Shown here: one piece after another, positions 1 through 16,688 of the stretch
Layout of the letters: every line of letters starts with the position of its first letter
How positions within the stretch are numbered: position 1 is the stretch's first letter
The notes under the pieces: model-generated
Seen by the model: the letters and a program-made list of their open reading frames with translations, nothing else
Database searches by the model: none
Told to the model about the DNA's origin: nothing
DNA from: the human T2T-CHM13v2.0 reference genome, Homo sapiens
Length of the DNA stretch: 64,000 bases
NCBI RefSeq assembly: GCF_009914755.1
Contig: NC_060931.1
Strand: one strand, 5' to 3'
Position numbers and translations under genes: made by a program

Positions 1-265
1 TATGCTTTAAAATATTTTTGTTTCTTTCTATTTTAACACCTTTAGCTTTGTTAGCTCTTTTAGATTACTTTATGAAGAGAGAACGTAAAGGCCAGAAACA
101 GAAGGATTTGGCTGTTTTGTTTGCCACTATTTTCCCAGCACCTAGAACAGTACCTGGCTGTAGTCTGTGGTCAATAAACATGTTGAACAAATAATGAGAA
201 AATGAATGATTAAAGAAATAGACAATGAAATATACATTCTATAAAAATAGAAAATACCAGGTGTG

Positions 266-570
266 GGCTGGGCGCAGTGGCCCACGCCTGTAATCCCAGC
301 ACTTTGGGAGGCTGAGGTGGGCGGATCACGAGGTCAGGAGATAGAGACCATCCTGGCTGACACGGTGAAACCCCGTCTCTACTAAAAATACAAAAATTAG
401 CCGGGCATGGTGGCGGGTGCCTGGTGTCCCAGCTAGTCAGGAGGCTGAGGCAGGAGAATGGTGTGAACCCGGGAGGCAGAGCTTGCAGTGAGTCAAGATT
501 GTGCCGCTGCACTCCAGCCTGGGCGACAGAGCAAGACTCCATCTCAAAAAAAAAAAGAAAAAAGAAAAAA
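266..570 (+). mobile_element. AluY-like
   Basis: Full dimer. TSD agaaaataccaggtgtg at 249-265 and 571-587. Confidence 0.95.
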
Positions 571-639
571 AGAAAATACCAGGTGTGTTATATGTTGCCT
601 CTCATTTAACTAGCAATCCAAAGAAAGTTTTTGCTTGTA

Positions 640-1330
640 ATCTCTTATTCATTCAATAATCTTCACTGAACATCTATCACAGGCCAGAATCCCTTTACAT
701 AGCTGTTGTTCTCGAGGGGCTCATAAATCTAATGGGGCAAGCTGAGGGATCAACAGATAGTTCTGGGACAGTGTGATGAGAACAATGGTAAGAGATGTGT
801 GCAGATACCAGGGAGCTCAGGGAAGGGCAACTGGCCAGCTGAGAATATGAATTGGGCCAGGAAGCAGGGGACAGTTTCTGAGGGAGGTTATGGCCCAGGT
901 GAGCCTCCAGGGATGAGCAGAAGACACTCAGAGGGAGAGGCAGGGGAAGGCTGACTCCAGGAGCCACAAGGCAAGGGAAGAGCAGAAAGAGCCAGCAGCA
1001 GAGGGTGAAGAACCAGAATGTGCTGGATGTGGTTGTAGCATCAAGAGGCCGGAAGTGGTGAGGAGTGAGGCAGTAGGGAGGTAGAAGGCTGGCATGCCCT
1101 GAGATGCCTGGGATTTATTCTCTCAGCAAGAAGCTTTTGAATGGGTCTTAAGCTGGGAAGTGACATGGCTGGATCTGCTCCTTAGATGAGTGACCCTAAT
1201 GTCTGGGCTAGAGGGAGACAAGACCCAGGTCAGCAGGACCAGTTATCATAGGTGAGAGTTGATAAGGGCCTCACTATTACACAGTTATAGAAATGGAGAA
1301 ATGCAAAGGAGGAATATTTTGGAGAAAATT
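640..1330 (-). mobile_element. L2 fragment
   Basis: ttcattcaataat...purine-rich gggcttaagctgggaagtgacatg pattern of antisense L2. Confidence 0.55.
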
Positions 1331-1935
1331 GCCTGTGCACTTAAAAATACATTTTTTACCCTATAGTTCATTATTACTAGTATTCTCAGATAATTACAAG
1401 GGGTTCTCCTTTGCAAGCTTTCTTTTGTTGCCTACTACAATACACTTTGTTCCAAATGTTTTTTATGACAATTCTTGATTTATAAGAACTGCTAAAGTTG
1501 TCATGATGAAATACAGCCACTTCTCTGCCTGCTTAGTAACAATAGCAGACAAAAAAAAGCAATGCTGACCTTGCTAAATTTACTTCTGGGGATACACAGA
1601 CCTAGATAAGAAAGCGCGTAATGTAGTATTTAAAAAGTTATTTGTAAGGTTTACTTAACCCTATCACAGCAATGGAAAGAACTTTAAGAACAATACACAG
1701 GTTTACCCAAACATCCACCCCTAAATTAGGATGAAAACATAAATCATCTCTAAAATATGTTCTAAAATATAACCCAATATAGAAACAATACTTTGAAAAA
1801 GACATTCTCCCTGACAGCAATCTTACAAGAATATTCATTTCAGTCATTTTTTTCTCTTTTCAAAATGATAAGATAGTGAGGTGTTATTTCAGCACTGTTT
1901 TTTACTGCCCATCGCCACCATCTGACTGATGTTAC

Positions 1936-2042
1936 CTTATGCACGATGAGCTCATGAGTGCCATCTGGAAGAGTCCTACCATCTTCTTGCATCAGAGGGA
2001 CAAAAGAAAACCCAAACAACTTCTTCTCTCCTTTCTCCTTTG
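1936..2042 (-). CDS. DOCK4: DOCK4 coding exon (probable exon 16), 107 nt, (T)KEKGEKKLFGFSFVPLMQEDGRTLPDGTHELIVHK; DHR-1
   Basis: tttacag|CA AAG GAG...CAT AAG|gtaac. ORF-track 1840..2055 shows the peptide. Phase 1 to 0. Confidence 0.97.
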
Positions 2043-3399
2043 CTGTAAAAAACAAATTACTTGCTTATTTAAGTGTATCTATGTTCAGGTACATAGTTTG
2101 TCAAGAAGCATAATCATCGAGAAATATAACTCATACACAACAGTTCCCACTACACAATGCAGCACAGCTTTTCTGATAGGCCATCTATATAGAGCAGCCA
2201 CCCTCTAATCCCCTCTTCCTGCCCCCTTATCTGCAACTTACATTTCTTGCCTAATTTTCTTTATGGGAATCACTATCTGAAATTGCTTTTTAAAAAATTT
2301 GTGGATTGCCTGTTTCTTCTTTTTACCCCAAAGTCCCATTGAGGGCAGGGGTCTTATCTGTTTATTGTTTCAAAGAGTGCTAGGAACATAGTAGGTGCTT
2401 AATAAATATATGATAAATGAATGAACAAGTGAATGAATGAAAGTGAAATGGTTTGTTTTGATTACTACCCATCAAAAGGGAATCTCTAAGCTCTACCCTG
2501 GTCCATGACAGAACTTCTTTCCCTATATCCACACACGTAAGGAAAGTAAGTCCTGTTGCAGTTACCTCCTTGGAATAAGTTAGGCACGTTGAAAGACAAT
2601 ATGAATATTAAACCTATAGTTTAACAAGAGCTCACTACTCTGGAAGCCGGAAATGAGGCGATGAGGTTTTCAGATGCCTAATTAAGAATTACAATAGCTA
2701 GAAATGCCAAGGATCATTAGTAATTATTTATAGATAGGGAAATTGAGGTCATAGATGTTAGGTAACTTGTTGTAGATCTCTTAAGTACCATTCCAGTTCT
2801 TTCCACCAAGGTTTTTTTTTTTTTTTTTTTCCTCCAAAAATGGAGAAAGCATTAACAGAACCTTCTTTGGTTAACTTGACTCTCCCCTTGTACTTAGATG
2901 GGCAGAGTTCTCCAGAGCCAGCAGCCTGTTAAGGGCTGGATGGTTACTCTTTCACAAGTGGAGCATTATACTTGAACAGACAAGTTCAACTTTGGGATGC
3001 AGTAAGATCTGAGCTGGAGGAGTTAGGTATGGTGATCCTGAAGACTGGACAAGAAGGTTAGCAACACAGCATTTAATTGCTCCAGGCATTTAAGCACAGG
3101 GAAGTGGAGCCTCATGCAGAAAACGGTAATTTTGTCTGGCTGGTGCTGGTCCCTAATATGAGGACATCCCTGAAAATGTAATTATAGCAAAGGACTTTCT
3201 TTTAAAATCATTAATTTCAACCCCATAGAGAAACTGGAAAAATAATTCATGTTTTTTAAAAAGTCAAGCAAAAATCACACCAAAGATCTCTGGGAAGAGA
3301 TTTCCACATCAATGATAATACAGGAACTTGAATCTACAGGTTCATTTAAGAACAACTGACATCTTGACGACATTGAGTCTTCCTACGCATGACCATAGC

Positions 3400-4960
3400 T
3401 CTTGTATCCTTTATAGCAAAACTTCTCAAAAGATTTGTCTATACCCATTACTCCCCCTTTTCCCCCTCCATCTCATTCTTTAACTCACATTTACTACCAC
3501 AGATTCACTAAAACCACTTGTCAGGTTCAATGAGTTCCATGATGCCAAATCAAATTATTCGTCCTCATCTTATTTGAACTACCACTGGCACCTGACACAT
3601 GTGATCAATCCTCTCTTAAAAAACTGCCTTCATTTAGCTCCTGGGTTCTCTTCTTCCTGCATTGGCCTTCAACCTACTAGATAGTCTTTCTTAATGTCAT
3701 TTAATGCCTCCTTCTCATCCTCCCAGCTCTAAATATGGCAAGTACCCCAGAGACCCATCCTTCGACTCCCCTTTGCTATCTAAACTTACTACCTAGGAAC
3801 TCCAATCAGTCTCAGACTTTAGAAATCATCAAAATTAGTGATGTGCTGGAGCTGGATCATACTGGCCCGTAAGAGCTGAGAGTGCACATCTCTCCCCAGT
3901 TCTACACTCAGTGATGTCATGTTGGAAGCTTGAAATTGGACATAGTGGGAGTATCTACACCATGGAAATCAGCAAATGCTACAGTTCAGGGATCCTCCCC
4001 ACCCCCCAGTGCTGGCTCAGTAGACCAACCACTGAACTGTATGTTCTCATTCCCAAGTTTCCAAACTGGACGTTACTCAACTGCCCACTTGACATCTTGA
4101 GTGTCTAACAGATATCTCTGATTTAACATGTCTAAAATGCAATGTTCGATTTTTGTTCCCCAAACAGATTCTCCCTGTTGTCTTCCCCACTTAATTAAAT
4201 GATCACTTCATTCTCAGGCCGACATCTTTGGGTTACCCTGGACTTTTCTCCTTCTTTCAGATCCAATCTGTTAATATTCTGTAAAAAAGAACTGAACCAT
4301 TACCATCGTAATGCAGAACACTTTAAATCTCTTACTTGGAAGACTAAAAAAAGCTTCCCAAATGGTCTTTCTGTTCCCAACCATATTACCTATAATCTAT
4401 TATCCCATACAGTAGCCAGACGTATCTTCACTCCAAATCCTCTCGTGGTTCTTCTCAATTCAAATAAAATGCACAGTCCTCATCATGAAATAAAAGACTA
4501 TACAAGATCTGGCACCTCTGCTACCTTCCTGGTCTCCTTGCTATTCCTTGAAAAGGCCAAGCATATTTCAACCTCAAGCCTTTTGTACTGTCCTCTCTGC
4601 CTGGAATCTTCTTTCCCCAGACAGAATAGTCTCAATGGCTCAGGCCTTCACTTCTTTTAGTTTGTTGCCAACACATGTCCTTATAAGCGAAGTCTTTCCT
4701 GACTGCCCTGTGTAAAATAGCAACACAGTACCATCACTTTCTACTCCCTAGCTGCAATTTAAGTCTTCACTGCACTTCATCACTTGCTATCTGATGTACT
4801 ATGTACTTAGTTTCTCAGCTATTATCTGTCTTTCCTCTCTGGAATGAAAGCTCTGTGAGCGGGGCTATTTTCTTGTGCTCACTGATGTGTCTCCAGTACC
4901 CAGTAAAATGCTTGGCATATAGTGGGTGTTCAACAAATATTTGTTTCATGAATAACTGAT
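3400..4960 (+). mobile_element. L2 fragments
   Basis: L2-type pyrimidine-rich segments ending in gaatgaaagctc...gcttggcatatagtgggtgttcaacaaatatttg. Confidence 0.7.
3838..4035. mobile_element. MER63-like hAT MITE inside an L2
   Basis: gtgatgtgctggagctgg...gtgcacatctct...gcttgaaattgg...accatggaaatcagcaaatgctac...accactg. Confidence 0.65.
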
Positions 4961-5585
4961 GTTTTTGAATAAATATATGAACACACAGATAAATATTTGG
5001 AAGCCCACTTTATAAAATGATTGCATTGGTTATTCATAGTTTGTGGTATTATCAAGATTTTTTCCTTCTTCTTTACATTTTGCTGTTTCTTCTGACTTTT
5101 AATTATGAAGATTAAAAGAAAAAACCTATGAGGAATTTTTGCAGTACAGGGACAAGAAGGTAGAGATCCAATAGATTTTACTGAAAATAGCCTTTATTTT
5201 ACTTTCCAAGTTCTGAATTCGAATAATTACCTCCAAATGCTCTTTCTCTCTTTCCCCACTATTTCACCTTTATTTTCTCTTTTTCTTACCTTAAAGCTCA
5301 GACCTCATATTAGACCCCAGTGAGAATTCATAACAAAGATTGATGGAAGAAATAGTATGGCACCATTCTAAGTCCTTTATGTTTTCCTACTTCAAGTCCT
5401 TTACATGAAACTCTTCTGGGAATTTGGAAGAATTTTAAGACCCTGCTAGCTCTCTTCCTGCATTCAGATACATCCACACAAGCATAATGTATGAAGCTCT
5501 TGAGTCAATTCTGAAATATGCCATAGTTCCAGCAAAAGATAAAGTCCTCCTTCTCTGCCTGAACCTTGGGTAAAATACAACATCA

Positions 5586-6286
<701 letters not shown>

Positions 6287-6697
6287 TCATGTTACTTCTA
6301 AGTCTTTTTCCAGCTGACATTATTTGATTCTCATCTGAATACTGTCTGAGAGAGTACAGTGATGCAGATACACACAAATCAGATATGCATCTGAACTGGC
6401 CAAAGGCTTTCCCAGTGGCTTCACATGCCATGAAAAGTCCTAGTGGGTTTCCCCAATCTGTGTGAGAGCTGGATCAGCTCCTGGAGATACCAGAATGGTT
6501 AGGGTTGCCTAAGACCACCAGAAACAGTTTAGCTTTTAACACTGTGCCTCCCCTTTCTGGCTAATCTTTCTAGAATGGAACAAACTGATTTTTACAAAAG
6601 TAATCAACTTAAGATCAACCCACATCTTCATGACAGCTCAGTAAGCAGGATACTCCAGCACAATAGACACAGGTAGCCAATGCCACCAAACACTTAC

Positions 6698-6860
6698 TGG
6701 AACAATGCCGAAACTCGAAGCGGATGTGTGCACCCCGGAATTTATCCACAGGAATGGGAAGTTTCAGCAGTTCAGACCACCTGGGACTGTTGTTATGGTA
6801 AAGCACAAAGGAGTGGTACTCACTGGCTGGTGGCTCCCCAGAGCCGAAGGAGATAAAATC
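6698..6860 (-). CDS. DOCK4: DOCK4 coding exon (probable exon 15), 163 nt, DFISFGSGEPPASEYHSFVLYHNNSPRWSELLKLPIPVDKFRGAHIRFEFRHCS(T); DHR-1
   Basis: tgttag|GAT TTT ATC...TGT TCC A|gtaagt. ORF-track 6615..6806 contains LYHNNSPRWSELLKLPIP. Phase 0 to 1. Confidence 0.97.
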
Positions 6861-7386
6861 CTAACAAAGGGAAGAACACACAGGTTAAAGAGAGCTTCAT
6901 CTAAAGATCTTTTGAAAAGGCAGAGCAATCACTTTGCTCTATCTGCCTGCCTCTCAAATAGCACTATGAAATTACCTCGCTGGGCCTTTGCCGTGTGTTT
7001 CTGTACTTGCTGCTGCTTAGCGGGGTGTATCTATTTAATTCTGATGCTGGTCTCCAAGGATTTACTGTGCCAAGGGTAGACCCGGGTGACACGTGGGAGA
7101 TGGACGATTGCATGGCCCACTTGGAGTTCAACTACATGGTAAAGTTCCCAACCTGCCATAGTCAAAAGCCTGTTTTGTGCCTCAGTAGGTGACTCACTAC
7201 GCCCCAGGGCCAACCTTCTTATTTAAATGGGCAACTGTATGTCTCTATGAAGAAGGGGCTCATGAAAAATACTTCTTCCATAAAAACACCTGCTATTCTC
7301 ACCCCAATTAGTAAGTAGTACCCTAGTCTTCATGCCTATTTTGGTCAGAAAGAAAATATATAGAATTAAATAATGAAATGGCTTTA

Positions 7387-7686
<300 letters not shown>

Positions 7687-8000
7687 TTAAGTAATAGCTG
7701 CTGTAAGAAAATTATTGACACAATGAATTAAGCAAACTGTAAAAGTTGTTGTTTTTTTTTCCTGGCTTGTCTTCAGCATGAAGACTGCGTTTTTCTGCTC
7801 TCTTTTCTGAAAGGAATTTTAGTGAATTAAAAAACAAAAGAAAGAAAACTACACAGGGGTGAAGGAGAAAAATAAGATAGAAAATAACGCAAATCAGAAA
7901 TTAACTGATCGTAAATCAGAAAATAACTGATCACATTAAAGATTAAGTGAAAGCAATTATACAGACTTGTTTGACCTGGAAATATCAAGTATTAACATAC

Positions 8001-8125
8001 CTTCAGGGTTTGGCCACTACTGTCTACAATGAACATCGTAACTTCCACATTTCTGGCCACGCTCTTCCCTCCTTTCTCAAATTCTCCCCTTTCAATAGTG
8101 ATATATAAATCATTCCTCATTTCAC
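8001..8125 (-). CDS. DOCK4: DOCK4 coding exon (probable exon 14), 125 nt, (G)EMRNDLYITIERGEFEKGGKSVARNVEVTMFIVDSSGQTLK; start of the C2/DHR-1 domain
   Basis: cttatag|GT GAA ATG...CTG AAG|gtatgt. RNDLY marks the DHR-1 start. Phase 1 to 0. Confidence 0.97.
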
Positions 8126-8956
8126 CTATAAGGAAAGGAAAATTAAAACCATGTTATATATATATGAGGAAATGTAATAAAGTGCTCTATCAAGAAAAAC
8201 TTTAGTTTATACAATATACTGCTATACATACATATAAAAGTACAAATATATTTGCATTTTTATAAAAGTGTCCTCACCCTTACTGCCAACATCTGAGAAG
8301 AATAACAGCCAGCCTCTGCTAGTCTGAATTAGAAACACTGTAATTCTACATCTAGGAGGTGAATACTGGGACCAAGTAGGAAGGTATTGTCAAGTCTCAC
8401 CATTTTTCAATATTTCCCTCATTTTATTTATGAGGTGTGATTATAAAATGACAGCCTAGCAGGGGTGGCTCAGAGAAACCAGTCTTATTACTTTATAGTC
8501 ATAGCAATTTAGGGTAGGAGAAATACCTAAATGTAGTAAAATAATAGGACTGTAAAGGGTACAATTACAACTTAAATCTTTTCCAAAATTCATGGACAAA
8601 ATGATCTCACTGCTGGAAGAATCCAGATTAGCATTTTATGAACACAGATGTAGAATAATTCCGTCATACAGACAAACTCGGCTTAATATTTCATATCATC
8701 AAGCTATAAAACAATTGAGAAAGGCCCTATATTCAAATAGACACATTCTATGTACATATATACTGTCGATTTTTTCTCTACTGGTGATTTATAAAACTTG
8801 AGTTTTTAAAAATCTCAACCCTTTCTTATTATTGCAAGATTAAAAAAGATAAATTTGATGCCAACTAGCAAACTTAGGCAAATGTGCTAACAGCATGCTT
8901 TTACTTCTTTTATAAAAATTAAACTAGCGGGAAATAATAAATGCATAGAGAAGTGA

Positions 8957-9329
<373 letters not shown>

Positions 9330-12003
9330 AATACTCTGTTTTCTAATAAAAAATTTCCCCATAAGAAAGAAAATCACTAGAAAGAAAAATAACCATATAA
9401 CTATGTCTACAATTGGGAGTTTTATAAAACTTCTTCGTCAAAGTGTGCACAAGGAAGTATCCTAGTTCCTCAATACCATGGACCATGGGAGAATATCAGT
9501 GTGCCAGATCATCTTCCTCCATAAAGACCAACTTTTTATGATGGCATCATTTACAAATGACCTAGGCTGACAAGGATACAGGTGGGCCATAAAACAGAAA
9601 AACTGGGTAAGTTCTAAAAAGAATTACATCTTAGTCACCCTTTACAAAGAGTCTATAAAACATACATTAGTGGAAACAATACAGAGGTCTCTGGCTTATG
9701 AATTTCTAGTACTCTTATACAGCTCATACAAACCAACTTGGGAAGGCAATGAACTTAAAGTCCAGGAGAAAAGCAACATATTTCAACACTTTAAAAATTA
9801 TATTTGTGTGCTTTGAAAGTTTTCTGTTTTAACTATTTCCATTACTAATTTTTAGAGAATGGCCCAGTACATTTTATGTTTATTAGACTTTCTATTTCAC
9901 TTGATTACTACATATATTTTTTACTCCCACATTTGATGTTATTTATTTAACAATTCCATTATAGAATCAACAGCAAATCAACTGACTTCAACAAACAAAA
10001 AATAGGTCTGGTACACACAATGGTCTGCACATGCTAGTTTAACAAGAGGTTTGGGAGGAAATTCTTGACAATAATGTTTCCACGAACAGATGTGGCAGGT
10101 AAAAAAAACAACACTCAAATCAAGATACTTTAGAGCAAAATATATTGGCTAAAAACAGCAGAATTCTTTTGCTTCTTGGAGTAAGTGACACATAATAAGT
10201 AGCTCTGCTACAAATAGCCTATAAAACCTACACTGACTAATGGGAAGTATAGCTACAGGGGTTGTTACCTTAGGAATTTCTTATAATGAGTAATTAGCTT
10301 GTCCAAACCACACAGGGATTAACTGTCCTGCAAAATAAAGACTAAGTGTTTCTTGGGAAGGTGCTTTCCACTGTTATCTGCTGGAAGGACGTGGCCTCTC
10401 AGACTCCAGCAAAGGCAAGAGGTGATAAGGGAGGTTTGCAAGGTAACCTGTTTCCCTCTGTCCGTAGGCTAGGCCCAAAGGAGGGAAAATGAGGGATGTA
10501 CTGCCAGCATCACAAAATTCTTTTTCTATGTACCTGTATTTATTCAACGAATGTTTCTTGAGCATCTCCTGTATGCTAGATACTATTATTCCAAGCCAGG
10601 AAGATTCAGTAGTGAATACAGCAAAAATTCTTTCCCCAGAGTCTTGATTCTAGCAGGTGTAAGTCCTTAATAAATACATAAATAAGTAAAATATATAGTA
10701 TGCTGAGCGATAATAGGCACTGTGGATAAAAGTGAGAAGGAGGATACAGAGTATTGAATGGGGATGGAGGGAGAGTTAAAATTTTCAACAGGGTAATAAG
10801 AGAAGGCCTCATGAGAAGATGAGCACCCTGAGTAGGCTACAGTGTTCGACAAAGGAGTAAGGTTCCAAAGGGCATTAGCTTCTCAGGCCAGTCCCCAAGG
10901 CCTGTTTAGCTCATAACACAGCTGAATTCTCCTATCTCTTCTTTACAAAAGAGATTCTGAATTCAAATACACTAAAGGCATTAGGTTCACAGGACAATCA
11001 GAATAAGGAGATACAGGTTCTAGTCTGTGCTACTGCTATGGTGTGTGACATCAGTCTATACAGGGTATTAGAAACCTCTGGGTCTCAGGTTTTTGTTATT
11101 AACATGAGAATAGGGTAAAGGTGGGTAAATGAGAGGTGGTAGGAGAGACAACACTACTTTGTTATATTATGCTGTTTCTATGCCTTACAAAAGAACCTCC
11201 GGAAATTAACACGTTCACAAAATCAAACCCCTCATACGTATGCTTTAATTTTCCATTCTTTAACTGTCACTATCCCTGTAACCCCATTATCTTTTGCAAA
11301 TCTTTTAGACTAAAACCAGATTTCTTTGAAAAGAGAATACATGACAAGAAGAACACTTCTCCTGGACGACATTCTCCATGTGCCTCTCCCCAGGAATTTT
11401 ACAGCTTGCTTATGTTCCAATTTTGCAAGGTGCCAAGTTTTGCCAAAATATGCAGAAGGATCAAGTTGAAACAAGTGCTAATTAAATCAATACACTTGAG
11501 GTTGACTCTGGAGAAAACTCATGAGTCCAAATGGTGTTCAGAAAGCATCTTGGGTAATTAAGAGAGAAACCATCAAGTCAGTATGAAATGGAGTCATAGC
11601 ACCCGTGTGAAAAGCTATTTCCCTGACAATGTTTATTAACACCTCATACCTCTCAAGTTTATTACTCTAAAAATTTGATGTGCACCACACTTTCTTCCTC
11701 TTTAGCAGGCCTGCTGGCTAGGGAGCCTTTACACATATGAAGGCCTTTCAAAATACTACTGTAGACAAGATAAAGATAAGGTCACAAAATTGGGAACAAA
11801 CTCAAGAGTTCAGTGACTGCAGTCAAATGGATCCATTAACAGCTTGACCTAGATGGGTAAGAGTTTCCGTCAGTAGTTGAAAACTGTAATCCTTGTTTCT
11901 GTCTTATGAATGTCTTGGATAAAGGATACAGCGCATGATCACCATAGCATGTAAACCACTGTACACTGTCCCAGCGGCTTTATCTATTTTTTATATATAT
12001 GCA

Positions 12004-12007
<4 letters not shown>

Positions 12008-12037
<30 letters not shown>

Positions 12038-12063
12038 CGTGTATTGCGTATACACACACACAC
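12008..12063. repeat. (TG)n ... (CA)n microsatellite pair
   Basis: TG run at about 12008-12034 and AC run at about 12052-12063. Confidence 0.9.
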
Positions 12064-12234
12064 AAGCTGGATATTTGTTAAGAGTTATGGAACCAAATAA
12101 AATTTCCTGTCCTTTAGTTTTTTTAAAAAAGAAAATGTGTAAATGACTTAGGTGAACTTAGATTACTGTTGATGATGTTGTTAATGATGATGGCAGTAGT
12201 AACAGTCCTAGTAGCAACAGCAGCAGCAGTACAC

Positions 12235-12395
12235 TTTATTGAGTACCTACTATGTGCTGGGTACTTTGCAAAATGCTAGAAGTAGAACATCTCATTAAAT
12301 TATCATATCAACTTTATAAAAAAGGCACTATCATTTCCATTTTGCAGATGAGGAAATTAAAGTGTAGGGATTAAGAATAGTGCCCTAGGTATTAT
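12235..12395 (-). mobile_element. MIR
   Basis: tttattgagtacctactatgtgc...cattttgcagatgaggaaatt. Confidence 0.7.
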
Positions 12396-12875
12396 CAGTG
12401 ACCCCACATTACCTATGAAAACCTGTAATTCCATGCAGTAAGAATGGCCATCAAATAAGCTACTGCAATTCAGCCTTTGTCAGGAGAAGTGACTTGAGCA
12501 AGGAAGGTAGTAGTCCTGTGTTGCTTTGCATTTCTCAGACCAGTTTTGAAATACTGATTACAGTTCTAGGGACTATCTTTACAACACAGAGACAGACACA
12601 AATGGTGTCATCCAGACCATAAACAATATGAAGAAAGGACTCAGAACCCATCACAAGAAGGAAGAGGTAGACAATAGAATTAACTGAATTTTAAAATGTT
12701 GAAGTTCCAAGCAGAAAGGGAAATTGGTCCAACATAAGTCATTTTGAGAGAAAATGTGATGATGTGTTCTTGGTCAATACAAATATTCAAGTATGAGCCA
12801 GAAAACCACCACTAGGAACCATGAAGAGGAATGCATGCACTAGACACATGGGTGGGCTGGGTGGCCCCTCATGTG

Positions 12876-13320
12876 TGTGAAAGGCAGATTAAGATCCCCT
12901 CCCCAAAGATGCCTAGGTTCCAATCCCTGGAACCTATGAGTATGTTACCTTGCAGATGTGATTAAATTAATGATCTTGAGATAGGGAGATTTTCTTGGAT
13001 TATCAGGGTGGGTCCAATATAATCACAGGGTCCTTGAAAAAGGGAGGGGGAAGGGTCAGAATTAGAGAAGGGGATATGATGAGGAACACAGAGGCCGGAA
13101 TGACTTGGGTCATGAGCCAAGGAGTGCAGGCAGCTTCCACAAGCTGGAAAAGGCAAGGAAGTATATTCTCCCCTGGAAGCATCAGAAGAAATGCAGCCCT
13201 GATCACACCTTGATTTTAGTTCAGTGAGACTAGCTCATCCTCTGACCTCCAGAACTGTAACACGGTAAATGTATGTTGTTTGAAGCCACCTTGTTATAGC
13301 ACCTATAGGAAACTAATACA
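12876..13320 (+). mobile_element. MaLR LTR, MLT1D/C-like
   Basis: cccaaagatg...atccctggaacct...gattatcagggtgggtccaat...gaaactaataca. Confidence 0.8.
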
Positions 13321-14067
13321 ATGTGACTTCCATATCCAAGCTTCTGTCACTTCATGAGACCTTCAAGGAGGAGGAAGGAATGGGAGCAGGACTCACAGGT
13401 AACTGGAGACTGAAACAGAGCACAGACAGGGCAAATGTACGGATAGGCTGAAAAGTTAACTAATATTATATCTCCAATTCTCACACAAGATACACTTGAG
13501 TAAAACCCATCAGGTTTTCTCTATTTTCTATCTATCATTCTCATTTTTGTTTTGCTTTGTTTTTAAAAGAGTACTATGAGATACTGAACTCTTTTGGGAG
13601 GTAGCTTTTTATGTTTTGCTTATGACAATTAAGCAAGCAAGGGCACATGATGCAACACCCACAATGGGCTCTCCAGACAGTTTTGCTCAGAGGCAAGAGC
13701 ATGGATAAACTGTGGTTCCCTGTTGCCATCCCACTCTGAGACAATGCATGGAGATCTGGCAGCCCGTTGGGGGAACTCCTATACTCTTGGGGCAGTGGGG
13801 ACCGTAAGCTTCATAATTTGAGAGGTACCAGTCCCTCCCTCTGTCTGATCTAGGTCTGGGATAAAACTTCAGGGTGACACATTAGAATCTCGGCTTCACT
13901 CTCTCTTCAGTCACTGTGGCATTCATTGGTTAAAGACCACCATCTCCTCGCACATCAGGGTTCAGGTCTAAGCTAAGCGGTGTGGGGGTCCAGTGACTAG
14001 AGCTGGAGGGTGGTAAGCTTTGGTTAGGTTTAGGATATATATAGATACATTATATATATCAATGTAT

Positions 14068-14445
<378 letters not shown>

Positions 14446-14490
14446 TGATGTGTATTTCTCTATCAGTACATAGTAAGGAATATTTATATT

Positions 14491-15663
<1,173 letters not shown>

Positions 15664-15778
15664 GAAATTGCTTACTTTCTTAAACATAAGACAAACATCT
15701 CTATAACATTCTTCTAACTCCAGTCTGTAAATCATTATTTAGTCAACTTTGACCAAATAGAAATTTGACTTATTTGAA

Positions 15779-15883
15779 CTATAAAGACACATGCACACAT
15801 TTGTTTATTGCAGCACTATTTATAATAGCAAAGACTTGGAATCAATCCAAATGCCCATGAATGATAGACTGGATAAAGAAAAA
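15779..15883 (+). mobile_element. Short internal L1 fragment (ORF2 end)
   Basis: ctataaagacacatgcacac...tttattgcagcactatt...aatagcaaagacttggaa...gatagactggataaagaaaa. Confidence 0.85.
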
Positions 15884-16000
15884 GGAGGATTGATTTGAAT
15901 AATACTTATAAAATAAACAAATAAATCCTCAGATTACTATTAAAACTGGTCCCCAAATCTCAACCCTATCACTCCAGTGTTTTCACTTAAATCTTTTTAG

Positions 16001-16313
16001 GGGATGGGCATGGTGGCCCATGCCTGTAATTGCAGCACTTTGGGAAGCTGAGGCAGGAGAATCACTTGAGCCCAGGAGTGTTCAAGACCAGCCTGGGCAA
16101 CATAGGGAGATCTGATTTCTCCAAATAATAAAAAATTAGCTGGGTGTGGTGACACACCTGCTGTGGTCCCAGTTATTCAAGAGGCTAAGGCAGGAGAATC
16201 ACTTGAGCCCAGAAGGCTGAGACTGTAGTGAGCCATGATTGTACTACTACACTCCAGCCTGAGTAACAGATGGAGACCCTGTTTAAAAAAAAAGAAAAAA
16301 GAAAAAAAAAAAA
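16001..16313 (+). mobile_element. AluJ-like
   Basis: cacttgagcccagg in both arms. Confidence 0.9.
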
Positions 16314-16688
16314 ACGTTTTAGGGCTAAGAGCTTCAAAGACCTACTAAAAGTGAATGCACTGAAATGTATAAATGATGGGTTCCCTAACAAAGAATGACA
16401 GTTTAACCAATGGATATGTGGGAACAAGTCTCTAAAGAAATAGGGTACAGGCATGAAAGCTTAAATAGTGAAATCATGATGGAGGCAAAGAAAATTTTGC
16501 CTGGAAAGAATCACAGAGTAAAAAATGGACATTTGGGGAGCAGGGAAGACAGTCAGATCTTCCATGCCATTCCTGATACATCAGCCAGCTTTGCTCCAGA
16601 ATGTCTGATGGATGGAAACTTGGATCTCCCTGATGCTTAGCAATAGGCCAGGCCTGCTTTGCCTAGGGTCTGTTAAGATGTTTAGAGT

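Noticed and set aside
210-609. Alu-derived ORFs ([12 protein letters not shown]..., also at 19750, 41143, 51512, 56269 and others)
   Set aside because: Translations of Alu sequence with no splice or coding support.
4199-4660. 153-aa ORF on the + strand
   Set aside because: Lies in a decayed L2, has no recognisable domain, and is consistent with chance.
6705-7079. 124-aa ORF antisense to a DOCK4 exon (similar ones at 1939, 41754, 46387 and 50942)
   Set aside because: Antisense shadow of coding exons with no independent promoter or splice evidence.
13640-14020. GC-richer segment that may be an ancient LTR
   Set aside because: Could not assign termini, TSD or family with confidence.
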